Source: Selaginella moellendorffii
Lineage: Eukaryota > Plantae > Lycopodiophyta
Direction: 5' to 3'
Length of the DNA stretch: 64,000 nucleotides
Assembly (NCBI RefSeq): GCF_000143415.4
Contig: NW_003314261.1
Span: 1,289,674-1,353,673 of the forward strand
Position 1 is the first letter of the stretch, and the number at the start of each line of letters is the position of its first letter. Shown in pieces: positions 38,830 through 52,566 of the stretch. The notes below the pieces were generated by a model. That model was not told the origin of the DNA. It was given only the letters and a program-made list of their open reading frames with translations, and ran no database searches. A program made the translations under genes and the position numbers.

Positions 38830-41800
38830 GTTTATATTATTGATAGAGAATAAACATCAATAGTGCTGGAAAATCTAATTAGCTCCAAAAGTTTTTTGCA
38901 ACTCGGCAATAGTAAGGCTTGCTTGGTGTATATGAATATCCACTTTAGGATCCTAGTGCAAGATGTTGATGAAGATGTAGTATATATGCTTGCAAAGAGC
39001 ATATGCTTTCCCATGTTCCTCGCGCTTCGTAAAGTCTGGACATGTGCAAGAAGGAAAGTCTTGAATGGCAATTGTGTACTCTCCACCTTCTATTTTGACT
39101 GTGTACTCCTTTGCGAGCGCAGTGTTGTACTTCGTGGAGAGAATCTCACACTCAAATGTTTGAGCCAAGTTTATTTTACCTTTGCTTTTTCTTGGAGACG
39201 TTACCAATAAATTTAACTGCCTTACCTTTTCTCGCTGGCCTCCTATGCATCTCTATAGGAACAGTCCTAGTTTTATCACTCATGTCTCCAACTTTCTTTT
39301 CAAGATTGAAACCAAATTTCTCAAGGTTTTCAATCTCATCTAAGGTGAGCGCAACACCATTAGCAACCAGCCATTCTTTAGGTACTGCATAAGTTTTAGT
39401 CACTATAGTGTTTTCAAGCCGCTTTGTATGGTTGACATCAGTGTTGCAGCAATATAACCAACACCATCTTAAAAATCCTACTTGCTTTCATTCCCCATGG
39501 AAACATGGGGCTAGAACAAAAGCAAACTTGTCACCATAGATCCAAGCCCAACACTTGCCCCTCGGAAGCATCCCCACACACCTTACATTTAATTTTGCTG
39601 GCACTCAACGGACTGCCTATTGCTTCGGCTCCACATTACGATAAGCAATTTCAACCTACTGTGATGCACTCTCTTCATCAGTCACTTGAGGTGGCTCAGT
39701 TCAGGGGCGATGTTTTGGAGCAGAATGATACTCAACATCAGGCCTGTGATAGATTTTTGCTCCAAGATCCGTGCCAACATCTTCACCAACAAAGGAAAAG
39801 CAACGTTTTGAGTAGATGGTCTTCATATCACCAATAGAAGCCCAGGGAGTGTACTCCATAGATGTGCCATGGACCACATCCTCCACTGCAGTTGCCACTG
39901 TTCGTGCTGGTGGAGTCACTTTCTTCTTCATCCGATCGTGTAACATCTCAACCAAAGGTCTTGTTCCCATGTATCTTCCTTCCTCAAATGCCAAGGCTTT
40001 TGAAACTTACTCTACAGTGCATGTCAAATCTGATAGACATGCTTCATATAGACTCATTTTCCCTTTCCCTGCCTCAGAGGAATGCTAGCTCCATTGTTTA
40101 CTTTTTGAGAGATTTCCAGTTGGGGTGTATGCAAGATCCTCAAGTGGTTAATCCTTATAAAAATATGATATTAAAAAGCAATAAAAAGAAAGATAAAAAA
40201 GAAAAACCAACCTGAAAAGAGTGATGTCCCCATTGGAACATTCTAACTTCCCACCACCCCAACCACGACTTAAGTTGTGGTAGACAACTTATGTGAGTAT
40301 GGCCATCTTCACACCACCACATTCGGATCTCATTTGCTTTTGCCTCATGTTCTTCTTCAGAAGGTGCAACCTGCCATTGTTTGCACAACTCCTTAAATGC
40401 TAATTGGAAATCTGGCTTGATAAGGTGGCAGTGCTGGTTTAGGCTCTGAGCCCAATGGAACTCACAAGTCCTCTCACGACCTTCTAGGGGTTGACTATTC
40501 CCAAAGACTGCCCGAACACCATTCTAATTAGCCCCAGCTCCATCTGCCATGAAACCGCGAAAGTTGGCAGGCTTACCAGTCTGCTTCAATACAATGTCAG
40601 AGAGGGACTTCCAAAATATTTCCTGAGCCATCTGGTCTTGTACTTTAAATTTTGCTGTTGCAATTGTCAAGTTACAACGTAGCCTGTGAAAAGCACAATG
40701 CTTAAAACCATTTTAAGATAATGAGAAAACAAACTACCTCAGATCATATACATGAGCTCTCATGGTTGTCCAACCCGCCACCCGCTCCATATGGTCAAAA
40801 TAAACCCATGCATTAGCAAGGTCACTCGACCCAGACATATCTATTTGGGAAACAAGATCCACACCAGAGGTGGGGCCCATGGTAGACATTTTGAAAATGA
40901 AGGGGCGCTCTTGCTCACTAATGACTTGATCTGGAAATAAACTCCTATGGATAAACTCATAGGGACAAGTCCATTTTAGTTCAAGGATTGAGTCGATTTT
41001 TTATTGGAGTTTCCCCTCTCGAGATTCACACATCTAAGACTTTATCCTAAATAAAACAAAATGTAAGAGAGATATTATTGAAAAGTATGTAATAATATTT
41101 TCATACCTCCTGAGGCTAGTTGCAAGTTGCACATGTCGTAGTAACTCTTGCAAGCTAGCCTCATCCAGTTGAGTATTCTTGTAGTCCGGATCAAGTAAAG
41201 TGCTTGCGATAAAATCCTTGAGCACTGTCTTTTGAACATGCTTCGGAGTTGTAGATGAGTTTCTCACAATCTCTATTTGCACTACATCTTTGAAATGGTT
41301 AATTGAACTCCTTTGTATCCCTTCCTGCATTAGATGTGTGTGCATGCTAATATGTACTACAGCTCTACCAGCCTCTCTATCCTGTGGAAGAAAATAATAC
41401 ATCTTGGCCCCACAAATAGCACAACATAATGGAGCATTCTTGCAAAACTGACACTTGAATCTAACACCAATGGTGTCACAGATGGGAGGATTGGTTGCAG
41501 ATCCTTTAAAAAATGTGGAGTTTTTACCACGCTCTCGATTGCATGTTTTATTCACACAATCCAAATACCCACCACAATGAACCATGGACATTGTGCCTTC
41601 AAAATGCTGGAAATGTGTGGTTTTAATCTTGCACCAGTTGTGGACACCTTGCTTCATCTCCATCCCCTTTCGTTTTGAGCTGACAAGAGGTGGTAGTTTA
41701 AAGAAGATATTGGCATTGTATGTAGATGGGAGCTCGCTAACGGGCCTATGTAGAAAGGAACACACGTCGATAGAGAGGCGGGAAAACTAGAAAGCGTTGC

Positions 41801-42050
41801 AAACAACTTTGAATATCGGTGAAGTTGGAGTTTGGAAATTTTTGGCTTACATTGGACTAACATCTCCATTAGAACTAGAAGAGGAAGAAATGATGACGAC
41901 AGACTCTTGCTTCACATTCACTTTAGCAGGATCGCAGCCTCGCACTTTGATTGGAGATCCCAATGTTGTCCACCTTCACCTACACCCGGTAGAAGAAACT
42001 CTGATTGTTCAACTACACCAATATTGTTGCGAATCACAGCCTCCAATGAA
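38830..42050 (-). pseudogene. Mutator-superfamily transposase with GCM-like DNA-binding domain, DDE core and SWIM finger (intron-containing, decayed)
   Basis: HNWCKIKTT..HCGGYLDC..CQFC..CGAK..MHTH, then AWVYFDHMERV (first D), FRGFMADGAGAN (second D), TCEFHWAQS (CxxH), PTGNLSKSKQ (expected E position, read as K) and SWIM CTCPDF...CKHIYY. Confidence 0.88.
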
Positions 42051-43039
42051 ATAGAACCGAAAGAAAGATCGAAACGTCGGCAAAGAAAAATTTCTGAAAT
42101 AAAACTTTAGGAGAAAGAAAGCGGTGTGTGATCTTGGTAATGCAAAAGGAAGCTCTCCATTTTGTTACCTTTAGGTTTTGGAACTCTGAACTTTTGGGCT
42201 ATGCCATTATGTGAAAAGAAAGGGCAATTTTATTCTAGGATCTAACATCAAATAATGTTGTTATAATAAATTTTATATGAAGTATATAGGACTATGTTGT
42301 ACAATATTAAAAGTCTGTATACATTGAATTCAAAAACATGCTCAAATTTATTATATGGACTAACTTTTGGTAAAACGGAAAGAAATATCAACTCAAGCAT
42401 GTGCCATGATATGAAAGATAGGAATGATTTTATTCTATGATCTACCATCAACCAACTGTTGCTAAACAAATTAAATATTGTACATATTTTTAGTACTTCA
42501 TTAAAGCTAAAAATCATCACATTCTTTTGAACTCATTTAAATATATTCCATCTTTGTACTACCATCTATCACCTATAGTAAATTATCTATATACATTGCT
42601 TTGGAAATAACACCTTACGATTTAATAACCTTATATTTTCTAACAAGATGCTATTACTTGCAAGAAACACATAATTCTCATTTATAATTTCGTACTGTGA
42701 TCAGTTCAACACATGCGTCTGTGACATTATTTCACATTATGGCATAGTCATATTAGAGCACACCTCCATTATTAAATTACAACTCAAAAGGACTTTATCA
42801 CATGATCAAATATAGGACGGAATAGAAATTGTACATTGCTAGCAAATATTTGTAGAATGTAATGAAGATTTACTGCATCCACGATGAATGGTTGTGATGA
42901 AAGTTAGGTTAGGGTTAGGGTGGCCACCGGCATTAGGGTTTTACAGAAAGAGATTGGGAGTGACTGCGGGATCCATCAACATTGAACAAAATGCCGCCAA
43001 GAGTAAGTTTTTTCTCCTCCACTCCCTCTCCTTTACTCC

Positions 43040-43369
43040 CATGCCACGCCCAGCGCCGCTGTGCCCAACGCCCTCGCACCCACGCCACGCCCAGCGTCGC
43101 CGCTGCCTAGGGCCACTGAGCGCTGCCCAGCACCACCCAGTGCCAGACCACACCCAGTGCCGTGCTACCTAGGTTCACTGCTGCCCAACACCGCTGCTGC
43201 CATGCCACCGCTGCATGCCCCGTTGCCCAGCATTGCCCACGCCATGCCACGCCCAGTGCCGCGCTGCCTAGGGCTGCTGCTGCCCAGCACTGCTGCTGCC
43301 ATGCCGCCACCGCTGCCACGCCCAGCATTGCCGCCGCCATGCCCAGCACTACCGCTGCCAAGTGCCTGA
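43040..43369 (+). repeat. GC-rich degenerate repeat (Pro/Ala-rich coding potential), probable 5' part of the cargo gene in copy B
   Basis: Recurrent ccacgcccag/ccgctgc units at the position equivalent to the Pro-rich region of copy A. Cut by the LTR at 43370. Confidence 0.45.
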
Positions 43370-44657
43370 TGTAGTGCACATGGTTTTTACCCTTTATCCT
43401 ATGGTGTTCTACCATAGGATAACACCACGAAACAGAACCTAAACCCTCTTTGTGCCACGTGACAGATGCCATGTGTCACATGCCTCGTGTCCATAGGATA
43501 GTGGTGTGGAACCCAAGGTTCAGGGCCTTGGGCCACTGAATGAAAGAACGGTGCCAAACTCCCAAGCATGGAGCCAAGGAGTGATGGAAGCGAACCACGG
43601 AGCAACTCCTGAACATACAGCCCAAGGAGCAAAGGGGCAGGGGCATGGAGTGACTTGGAACAGTCCTAGAATATCCAGCATTCCAATGCCAGGACCAGCA
43701 CGCAAAATGGAGCCAAATGAAGTCTGGCGCTATTTCGGCATATTAGTGGCCTAACGTGAGGATATGGGTACCCCACCAACTAGCATGGTACGGAACTTGG
43801 GCTTAGACCCAAGCCAGACGCAGAACAAGGACAAGCATGCAAACGGAAGCTAGACTATGCCTCATGTTAGTTGGCCATGCTTGACCTACCCACTATCACG
43901 CTTTGGGCTTTCACCCCAAGCCTCCCTTAGTACCAAGAGTTAGTCTCTGGGACAAGCTCAAAACTTACTAAATATGGAATGTTTCTAGATTGAAAATTTG
44001 GACACGAGACGAACACCATTGTGTTTAGGACAATCTCTATATTCCGTAGATATGCCAAATGAGCAAATCTGAACACTTTCCATAAATAGCATTTGGGACC
44101 GAAATGAGACTAACACAAAGGGCACGATAGCGAGGGTGTTTGGCAGACACGGTAGGCTATCATATAGCAAATATTGAGGGGGTTCCCAACACTAGCAAGT
44201 GCAAGTCAACAAATGAATTTCTCTAACCAAGTCAAGTATGCTTGACTAAATAGACACTTAGGAATTCCTTCTTTATGCTGATCTGGTCAAGTGCACATGC
44301 GAAAACCAGTTTCTCAACTAGCTTAGGCAGAGACTGATAACAAGTTCAGCAATACCGATCTCCTGCCATCATGGCAGTAAGGTAAGAGTGTCCGTAAGGA
44401 CTGGCCGATAGGTAACTTTCGATACCTAAAGTCACATTCGCAACACCTGGGCTGAGCATTTGGCCGGGCACTCCGCCTGGGCCGGCCATGGCAGGCCGGT
44501 ACGCCGGTAAACCAGCGCCCGCGCCAAGTCTCCGCAGGTTGGCAAAGGCACTTGGGGGCGGGCCGGTGCCCGCACCAAGTGCCTGTGCCAAATGCCCATG
44601 TCGGGCATTTGGCGCAAGCCAGCCAAGGCAATTGGGGGTGAGCCCGTTCGCCAGAGA
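43370..44657 (-). mobile_element. Truncated LTR nested in MULE copy B
   Basis: Near-identical to 48441-49717 and begins TGTAGTGCACATGG. Joined to the cargo gene at ~44657. Confidence 0.88.
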
Positions 44658-47600
44658 GGTCATCAAGATGCCAATAGATGGTACAAGAATCCAGTGGCTT
44701 TTATGATAGCTGTGTAGACTAAGGTATGTTCTTCCAAGTATACTTCTTATCATAGAATGTTTGTGTTGTCTTCAGCCATTGGTGAAGGTTAAGCAAGATG
44801 CATATGCACAGTCATATGGAGCTGAAAATGATTAAGAACTCTTGGAGCATTTAGTTGCAATTGACAAGAAAATCAACAACACAAAGAAGATAAAGGTAAG
44901 GAAATTACTTAGTGTGGTTGACCTCAACCAGGTTAAAGGAGTGGTTTGATATTATAATAGAGATTGCTTGTCATGAAAGTAAGTATTATTTGTGTTTACA
45001 TGAAGGTTACTCACAAAAGTTATTTCTTAGTGGGCAAGATTCCAGATGAGATTATTTACAACATCTCAAAGTCAAAGCTTACATATGCGGAACAGATACA
45101 CATTCTGAATGACCTCAATAGCAAACTCAAGGAAGGAGAAAAAGGTTTGGACAGTATGATGGAGACTATGATGAGGAGGACCGTCTACATTTCACTATAT
45201 ATGAAGGGGAGATGTTTCTAGCACCTTTCATAGGGGATGATTCTGAGCAACTTCCATTTAAAGATTTTGTCACCACTGAGCATACAAAACTCGGAAAGGA
45301 TTCCACAACCACGACTCCATTTGATAAACAACTTGGCCAACCTTACTTCATGTGTCGAGTGGCTTTTAGGTAACATACAATTTCTCAACTATACTCAATT
45401 TGTTTATATTCTATTATAGGTATCTCCAATATAGAGGCGTTCCTCTCGAAACACTGGTATGCACATGACTCCTGAGGCATGGTGTGAGAGATGGAGGCAT
45501 GTACCCGACAACAATGAAGTTTCCAGCAGCAATAAAGCAAGCTTGTCCTTGGGAATTGGAGATGCTAAATTATGCACCAACCCACCGAGAGGCTGCAAGA
45601 GGCAACAATGAAGATGTGCTAGATGATGAAGATGATGGCCATGAGAATGTCGACACTGTTGGTGCCAATGGCGAGGAGAGTGAAGATGGTAGTGAGAATG
45701 AGATTCCTCAAGACGAAGTTGAGAAAGAGAACCAGAACGTCCAAGAAGTTCTACCTCGAAGAAAGCATGCAAATCCACATCTGGAGGAATTAGTCAACAG
45801 TGATGATGGTCATCCAAGACGTGCCCGTAATCAAAGTCAAAGATAATGATATCTAAGAGTCTTAATTATCAGTGATTAAATCTTAGATTAGAACACAAAA
45901 GTATTCCAAGTAAGTTATCATCCGATAAACCAATATTATAGTATAGGAACCACCAAGATCACTATAGTTGGAAAACATAGAATGCACTATCCAACAAAAT
46001 TGAATAGCAAGTATATCATCAAGTAAACTCAATAATTAAACTTAACTATCAAAAATTGCAGATAGAATGCTAAACAACTCATAAAAGACAACTATAAGAA
46101 CACAAAGTATCATTAACAGACAAGCAAAATGCTCGCAAATGTATCACCTAAATTTAACAACATTCAAACCTATTAAAATCAACCTAATCAACAGAACAGA
46201 ATGAATGTTGCAAAACAAACAAACTCTAATTCATGCTAACTATCGCACTAGCGAATCCAAATAAATCCCAGTCAATAATACTAAGGAACTCAAATTGCTT
46301 AAACAAGGGTCAGCAACTTCCTACTGATGTCTTAAACCCAAGAAACCAATTCAGAGCAAACCACAAAGAACATGTGGTAATACAAAAAGCCAAAAACCAT
46401 CAAAGAGAATAACAAATTATCATGAAAGATCATCAATCATCTTATCAATGAAGAAATGCATAATCATTGCTGAAGAAAGAATCCACCATCCCGGAGAATG
46501 GCATATCATTCTAAATCAACAACAATCAAGCAAAACCTTTGACAAGGATAATCAAACATCCTAGATGATAGTCAATCATCACTAATGGTTTGCCAGATGC
46601 AAATACCAACTTCAATATCGAAGCTAATGCGCAAAAATGCTTTCCCCAACAACTTCTAACAAATGGAACAATGAGCATAAAAACTCAAGGAACCAAAAGC
46701 TCCAAAATGCCTATAGCCAAGTCTCTCATAATAATAATCATAAGTTTCACATGAACTAACTTTAATGCGAAAGAAGAAATCATGGTATAACCCACAATAT
46801 CCTCCTCAACACATCCATAAGCTAAACTTCATAATGCCAAAGCTAATGAAAAGTATATTTGCATCAATCCAAAAGCCAAGCACAATGAAATTATGCTCAA
46901 CAAGTGATCACCAAACTATCCTCCATGAATCCATCTATAGCAAGACGTAACTCACTTCATAACAAACACAAGAAAAAATCATCAATAATCTATATATCCC
47001 AACTCAAATCTAATAAAGATTCAAACATCTCAATATTGATCATTAACTCTTCATCTCATAAAACTAGCATAGTCCATGACTGAATCACTTTTCAAGGAAA
47101 AGCTCAAATCTCAACCCTGACTAAGCAATCTTGTCTAGAACACAACTAAATCAAACTTACTACTCAGTTCATTTGAACGTCAATATAGTTGCTAACTAGC
47201 AAATGCACGAATACCAATAACACAAAACCACAACCAAATCATTAATACTATCTCCATCAAGACTAATGAAACTCAATATCAATCTTACAAAAAACATTTC
47301 ATCCCACTTGAATCTCAACATCAATAATATCAATGATAGGGCATCACTTCAATGCCATCAACACTAGAACAAAGCTAGAAGAAAGAAAGAGTGAATCACC
47401 ACTCAAAACTCTCTTAGCAACTAAGTTAACCAAAGTCGAAGATACTTTAGTTAGTATCCGAGACTAATCCTCCTCACATACTCAGCTACAGAACACATAT
47501 TATCAAAGAGTGATTCACCACATCCAAAACTCCATAAAATCCAACACCCACAAACTAAACGTAACCAAATGATATCAACAAAAGAATCGATATGCCAACA

Positions 47601-50600
47601 TAGAAAACCATGCAAGCCACGACACGATCCTCCACAACACCACTCGGTAAAGCAAGCCCATCATTACTAAATCATCATCGAGTGAAGCAAGTGTCAACTG
47701 TCTTTGACAAACTTTACAAGAAATCACTAATTGCAAAGCAATTAACAATCACTCTTCAACTTGCCTTCACAAAACTCAAACATTAAACTCACATCATCGA
47801 GTCATATAATTGTTTAGTATGAATATAATACCCTATATATGAGATATTAGCTCACGAACAGGCACAAACTAAATGACCACTCGAATCCAACTCAACTGCA
47901 ATAAGCTCACTAATGCATTTAGCCTATAGCTCTGAGCATGCCTTGAAGAAGCTAGCTATGCATAATCAACACTTAGCCGAAACTAAAGTGAAGACCATGA
48001 GATGAACTTATATCAATACACAACATTCTCACTAACAAAGCTATATAATAGACCAGCCTATTTGCCACTCTTTGCAAACCTAGGGAAGGTTTACTTTCAC
48101 CCATGGTACATGGAACAACTCATGGAACCATTGGAACAACTTATGGAACCATCGGCCAACTCAAAGTATAACCTTGAGTTGCTAATATGCCTCACTCATG
48201 AGCCCAAGTGCAAACTCGTGCAAAATGATACACCTCAAATCCATCCTATGAGCCCAAGAGCAAGCTCACATCATAAGGTACAACATGGTAACTAAATCCA
48301 TACCTAAGGAACGATTGTGAAGTCTTTGCACCCAAACGTGTACCCACTTGGATCATTGTTTTCGTCTCTGCGTATGCAATGAGACTAGTTGTCCAATCTC
48401 ATTGAGTAGTACTCGCTGAGACTCATTCTTTGATACCAAATGTAGTGCACATGGTTTTTACCCTTTATCCTATGGTGCTCTACCATAGGATAACACCACG
48501 AAACGGAACGTAAACCCTCTTTGTGCCACGTGACAGATGCCATGTGTCACATGCCACGTGTCCATAGGACAGTGGTGTGGAACCCAAGGTTCAGGGCCTT
48601 GGGCCACTGAATGAAAGAACGGTGCCAAACTCCCAAGCATGGAGCCAAGGAGTGATGGAAGCAAACCATGGAGCAACTCTTGAACATACAGCCCAAGGAG
48701 CAAAGGGGCAGAGGCATGGAACAGTCCTAAAATATCCAGCATCCCAATGCTAGGACCAACATGCAAAATGGAGCCAAACGAAGTCTGGCGCTATTTCGGC
48801 ATATTGGTGGCCTAACGTGAGGATATGGGTACCCCACCAACTAGCATGGTACGAAACTTAGGCTTAGACCCAAGCCAGACGCAGAACAAGGACAGGCATG
48901 CAAATAGGAGCTAGACTATGCCTCATGTTGGTTGGCCATGCCCGACCTACCCACTATCACGCTTTGGGCTTTCACCCCAAGCCTCCCTTAGTACCAAGAG
49001 TTAGTCTCTGGGACAAACTCGAAACTTACTAAATATGGAATGTTTCTAGATTGAAAATTTGGACACGAAACGAACACCATTGTGTTTAGGACAATCTCTA
49101 TATTCCGTAGATATGCCAAATGACCAAATCTGAACACTTTCCATAAATAGCATTTGGGACCGAAATGAGACTAACACAAAGGGCATGATAGCGAGGGTGT
49201 TTGGCAAACACGGTAGGCTATCATATAGTGAATATTGAGGGGGTTCCCAACACTAGCAAGTGCAAGTCAACAAATGAGTTTCTCTAACCAGGTCAAGTAT
49301 GCTTGACTAAATAGACACTTAGGAATTCCTTCCTTATGCTCATCTGGTCAAGTGCACATGCAAAGACCAGTTTCTCAACTAGCTTAGGTAGAGACTGATA
49401 ACAAGTTCAACAATACCGATCTCCTGCCATCATGGCAGTAAGGTAAGAGTGTCCGTAAGGACTGGCCGATAGGTAACTTTCGATACCTAAAGTCACATTC
49501 GCAACACCTGGGCTGAGCATTTGGCTGGGCACTCCTCCTGGGCCGGCCATGGTAAGCCGGTACGCCGGTAAACCAGCACCCGCGCCAAGTCTGCGCAGGC
49601 TGGCAAAGGCACTTGGGGGTGGGCCGGTGCCCGCACCAAGTGCCTGTGCCAAATGCCCGTGCCGGGCATTTGGCGCGAGCCAGCCAAGGCAATTGGGGGT
49701 GAGCCAGTTCGCCAGAGAACCGGCTCACCCTCAATTGCCAAGTCCAAGTGCCCAGGCTAGGCACTCCGTGTGGGCTGGCAAAGGTGTTTGGGGGCAGGCC
49801 AACACCCGTGCCAAGTCCCTGCGCCAAGTGCCTGTGCCGAGCATTTGGCACGAGCCGGCCAAGGGACTTGGGGGCGAGCCGGCGCCTGCACCAAGTGCCA
49901 AGGCCAAGCGCCCGCACTAGGTATTTGGGGTGAGTCGACCTTGGCACTTAGAGGCGGGCTGGTTTGCTGGCAAGTTCACATCTTATCTTTGTCTTCTCCC
50001 CCTAGATTCACCTTATTTCTCTGGTGGCATTCCATGGTGAAGTTGGGATCTTTATTGGCTCCTACAATTCATTGATGGCATCTTTCAAGGAGGATGCTAA
50101 GAATATGGCTATCCGGCAAAAGTGGGAGCGCTTTTGTCAGAAGATCCATAGGCGACTGCTCAAGAGCACAAACTTCATGCTCTTCGACATGTTAGATGGT
50201 CTTCTAGACATTAATGGTGATGTCCCAAGCTGGAACAACTTGACTAAAGACCACTTGAAGGATGCATTCCTTTTGGCAGCAATTCTCCTTCACACAACCG
50301 GTCAAGTTGCTTTCATTCTCCCAAATGACCCCTATTGGATGTCCTACCTTATGAAGTATGCAACTCGAGTGAACTTCAAAAGGTCCTCTTCCAAGTGCAT
50401 CATGGATAGTCTTGGGGTCGAGATCAAAAGCATCCTAGGCATGCCAGAGAAGGTAAGAAATTATCTTCTGTTTTAGTTGTCTTTAAAGTTTCATTATTCA
50501 AGTTATGATGTGGACCTACCATATGTTCTGCAAAAGAGAAAAGAGAAAATGACGGTTTTCATGATAGCGAATGTGCTGCAAGGGTTTTGTTAGGGTATGA

Positions 50601-50868
50601 TAGCTTTATTGACATCATATCAAATCTTGTAGACAACAACATCCACAACACATTGTCTGGGTATCGGTTCCGATCTCCATCAGTGATGCATATCCTACTT
50701 GAGCTTTATTGCCCAACTAGGGGTGTTGTCATCGATTGTACAGTAAGTAGTGGTTCGATGGTCGAAGCAGCATGTGACTCTAGTAGATCGGTGTTTGTGA
50801 TTGAAGAATATGAGTTCTTCAAACGCCGTCTTAGAGGTTCTTCTTTATCAGTTACTTCTAGGAGGTAA
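44657..50868 (+). pseudogene. ParB-MTase gene copy B (middle exons 44657-45829, MTase exons 49972-50868), interrupted, ParB part deleted
   Basis: Collinear with the reverse complement of 4930-7180. Reads NFMLFDMLDG and LLELYCPTRGVVIDCTVSSGSMVEAACDSSRSVFVIEE. Confidence 0.8.
45830..49971 (-). mobile_element. LTR retroelement fragment: 5' LTR (48441-~49971), PBS and non-coding or decayed internal region
   Basis: On the minus strand the LTR ends ...CTACA at 48441 and is followed by TT-TGGTATCAAAG (Met-tRNA-type PBS). The internal region is strongly strand-skewed with no long ORF. Confidence 0.85.
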
Positions 50869-51319
50869 TTTATGATGTTTTAAAAACTTATATATAATAT
50901 ATATTTAGTTTTCTAGAAGTCTTCTTAGGTATGCATGGCACATCATATGCAATGTGTAAATTGAGGAGTGGTATGAAAAATCTATTCATTAATGATACAT
51001 TAAAAGACAATTGAATGCATCCACTTGTAATGAGATAATGATTGTGACAGTGATAGTGTCAGTGCAGCAGATAGTGACAGTGATAGTTTCAGTGACAGAG
51101 ACAGTGTAGAGATGACAGAGTTACAGTGTCAGTTTGTCAAATTTCATAATTACTAGTATTATGAGTTTATTATCTATAGGTAATACAATTTTGTTAATAA
51201 AAAAAAGCCAAAAGGGGGGGGGGGGGGGGGGGCATGAATAATATCAAAGTGTAAGAATTATTAGTAGCTAGAATTTTCAATAGGATGGCCTAAAAATACC
51301 AGATTCAGCACTTGTGGAT

Positions 51320-51755
51320 GTAATATTTACTAACGGAATATTGTTCTTCACCATGAAATGATAATGGTTGTGTGTTCTTAACTCTTTCTTGATTTTCTTA
51401 TACATCCATTTATGCATACCTTCCACATCAATTTTTGGGCAGTTGTGACAATGTTCTAGAAAAGTTTCTCGACCTATACAGTTTTAGCCATATCTAAAGC
51501 AAGATCTTGAAGAAACATCTGGCATCGCTCTTGAAGCACATGAGGCAATCCATCTTTAGTGACAACATCTAGAACATTATTTGAAAGAGGGATCTCTTGT
51601 TTAGTCACACTTGAGGCTACAAAAGAAAAAGCCTCACAACAATTGTTGTGTGGAGGGAAGGGTGGAATGTTGGTAGAAGTTGGGGATGAAGGTGGAAACT
51701 CATATGAAATGCATGGGGGCCAAGTACGAGTAGCAATAACATTTTCCTTAGCCAT
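51320..51755 (-). pseudogene. MULE cargo gene 2 (copy B)
   Basis: MAKENVIATRTWPPCISYEFPPSSP..GLPHVLQERCQMFLQDLA, then after a deletion LEHCHNCPKIDVEGMHKWMYKKIKKEL. Confidence 0.55.
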
Positions 51756-52014
51756 TTCTACACTCTAAATAAATTGAAATTTCAATATTGAAAGCATCCC
51801 TTGTCGGATTTATACTAAGAAAAGATCTAGGGGTTTTTGAAAGTTTAAATTGTCAATCTCAAAATAGGACTTTAGAATTATAACAGTGTTAGAACCACTT
51901 GTATATATAATAATATCTTTATACATGCTAGAATACTATCATTCTCGAAAATATAAGATTCTCCACTTTACTCATAAAGAATTAAACTTTTGAAAAAACT
52001 ATGTATGACTTTCA

Positions 52015-52566
52015 CAATACAATAAAGGGTGACTTAAATATTCTATATTCAACACTTATTGATGTAGTGTTCACTAATGGAATATTGTTCTCCAACATGA
52101 AATCATAATACCTGTGTGTTTTTAATTTTTTCTTGATTTTCTTATACATCTACGCATGCACACCTTCCAAACCCACTCTTGGGCATTTGCGACAATGCTT
52201 AATAAAATTTACCAAACCCATGCAACCATCTATCTTGTTTAAATAAAAGTTACATATAAGACACTGAAGATAATATGTATTTACATTAAGCTCTCCTACC
52301 ATATCTGAAGCAAGATCTTGAAGAAAATATTGACATCGCTTTTGGAGCATTGGAGGCAATCCAACTCTTTTAACAACATTATAAAGAAGGAATTCTTGTT
52401 CAATTGCACTCGAGGTCACAAATGGAAAAGCCTCACAATAGCCATCAAAATGAAAAGGAAGATTGTTGCATAGAGATGAAGGTGGATTATTGGTTGAGAT
52501 TGGAGATGGAGGTGGAGACTCATATGAAAGGCCTCCGGGACCAAAAATAAACTTCTTCCTAACCAT
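52015..52566 (-). pseudogene. MULE cargo gene 1 (copy B)
   Basis: ORF 52150-52578 with YYLQCLICNFY..KHCRKC. Stop at the position of W in copy A. Confidence 0.55.
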
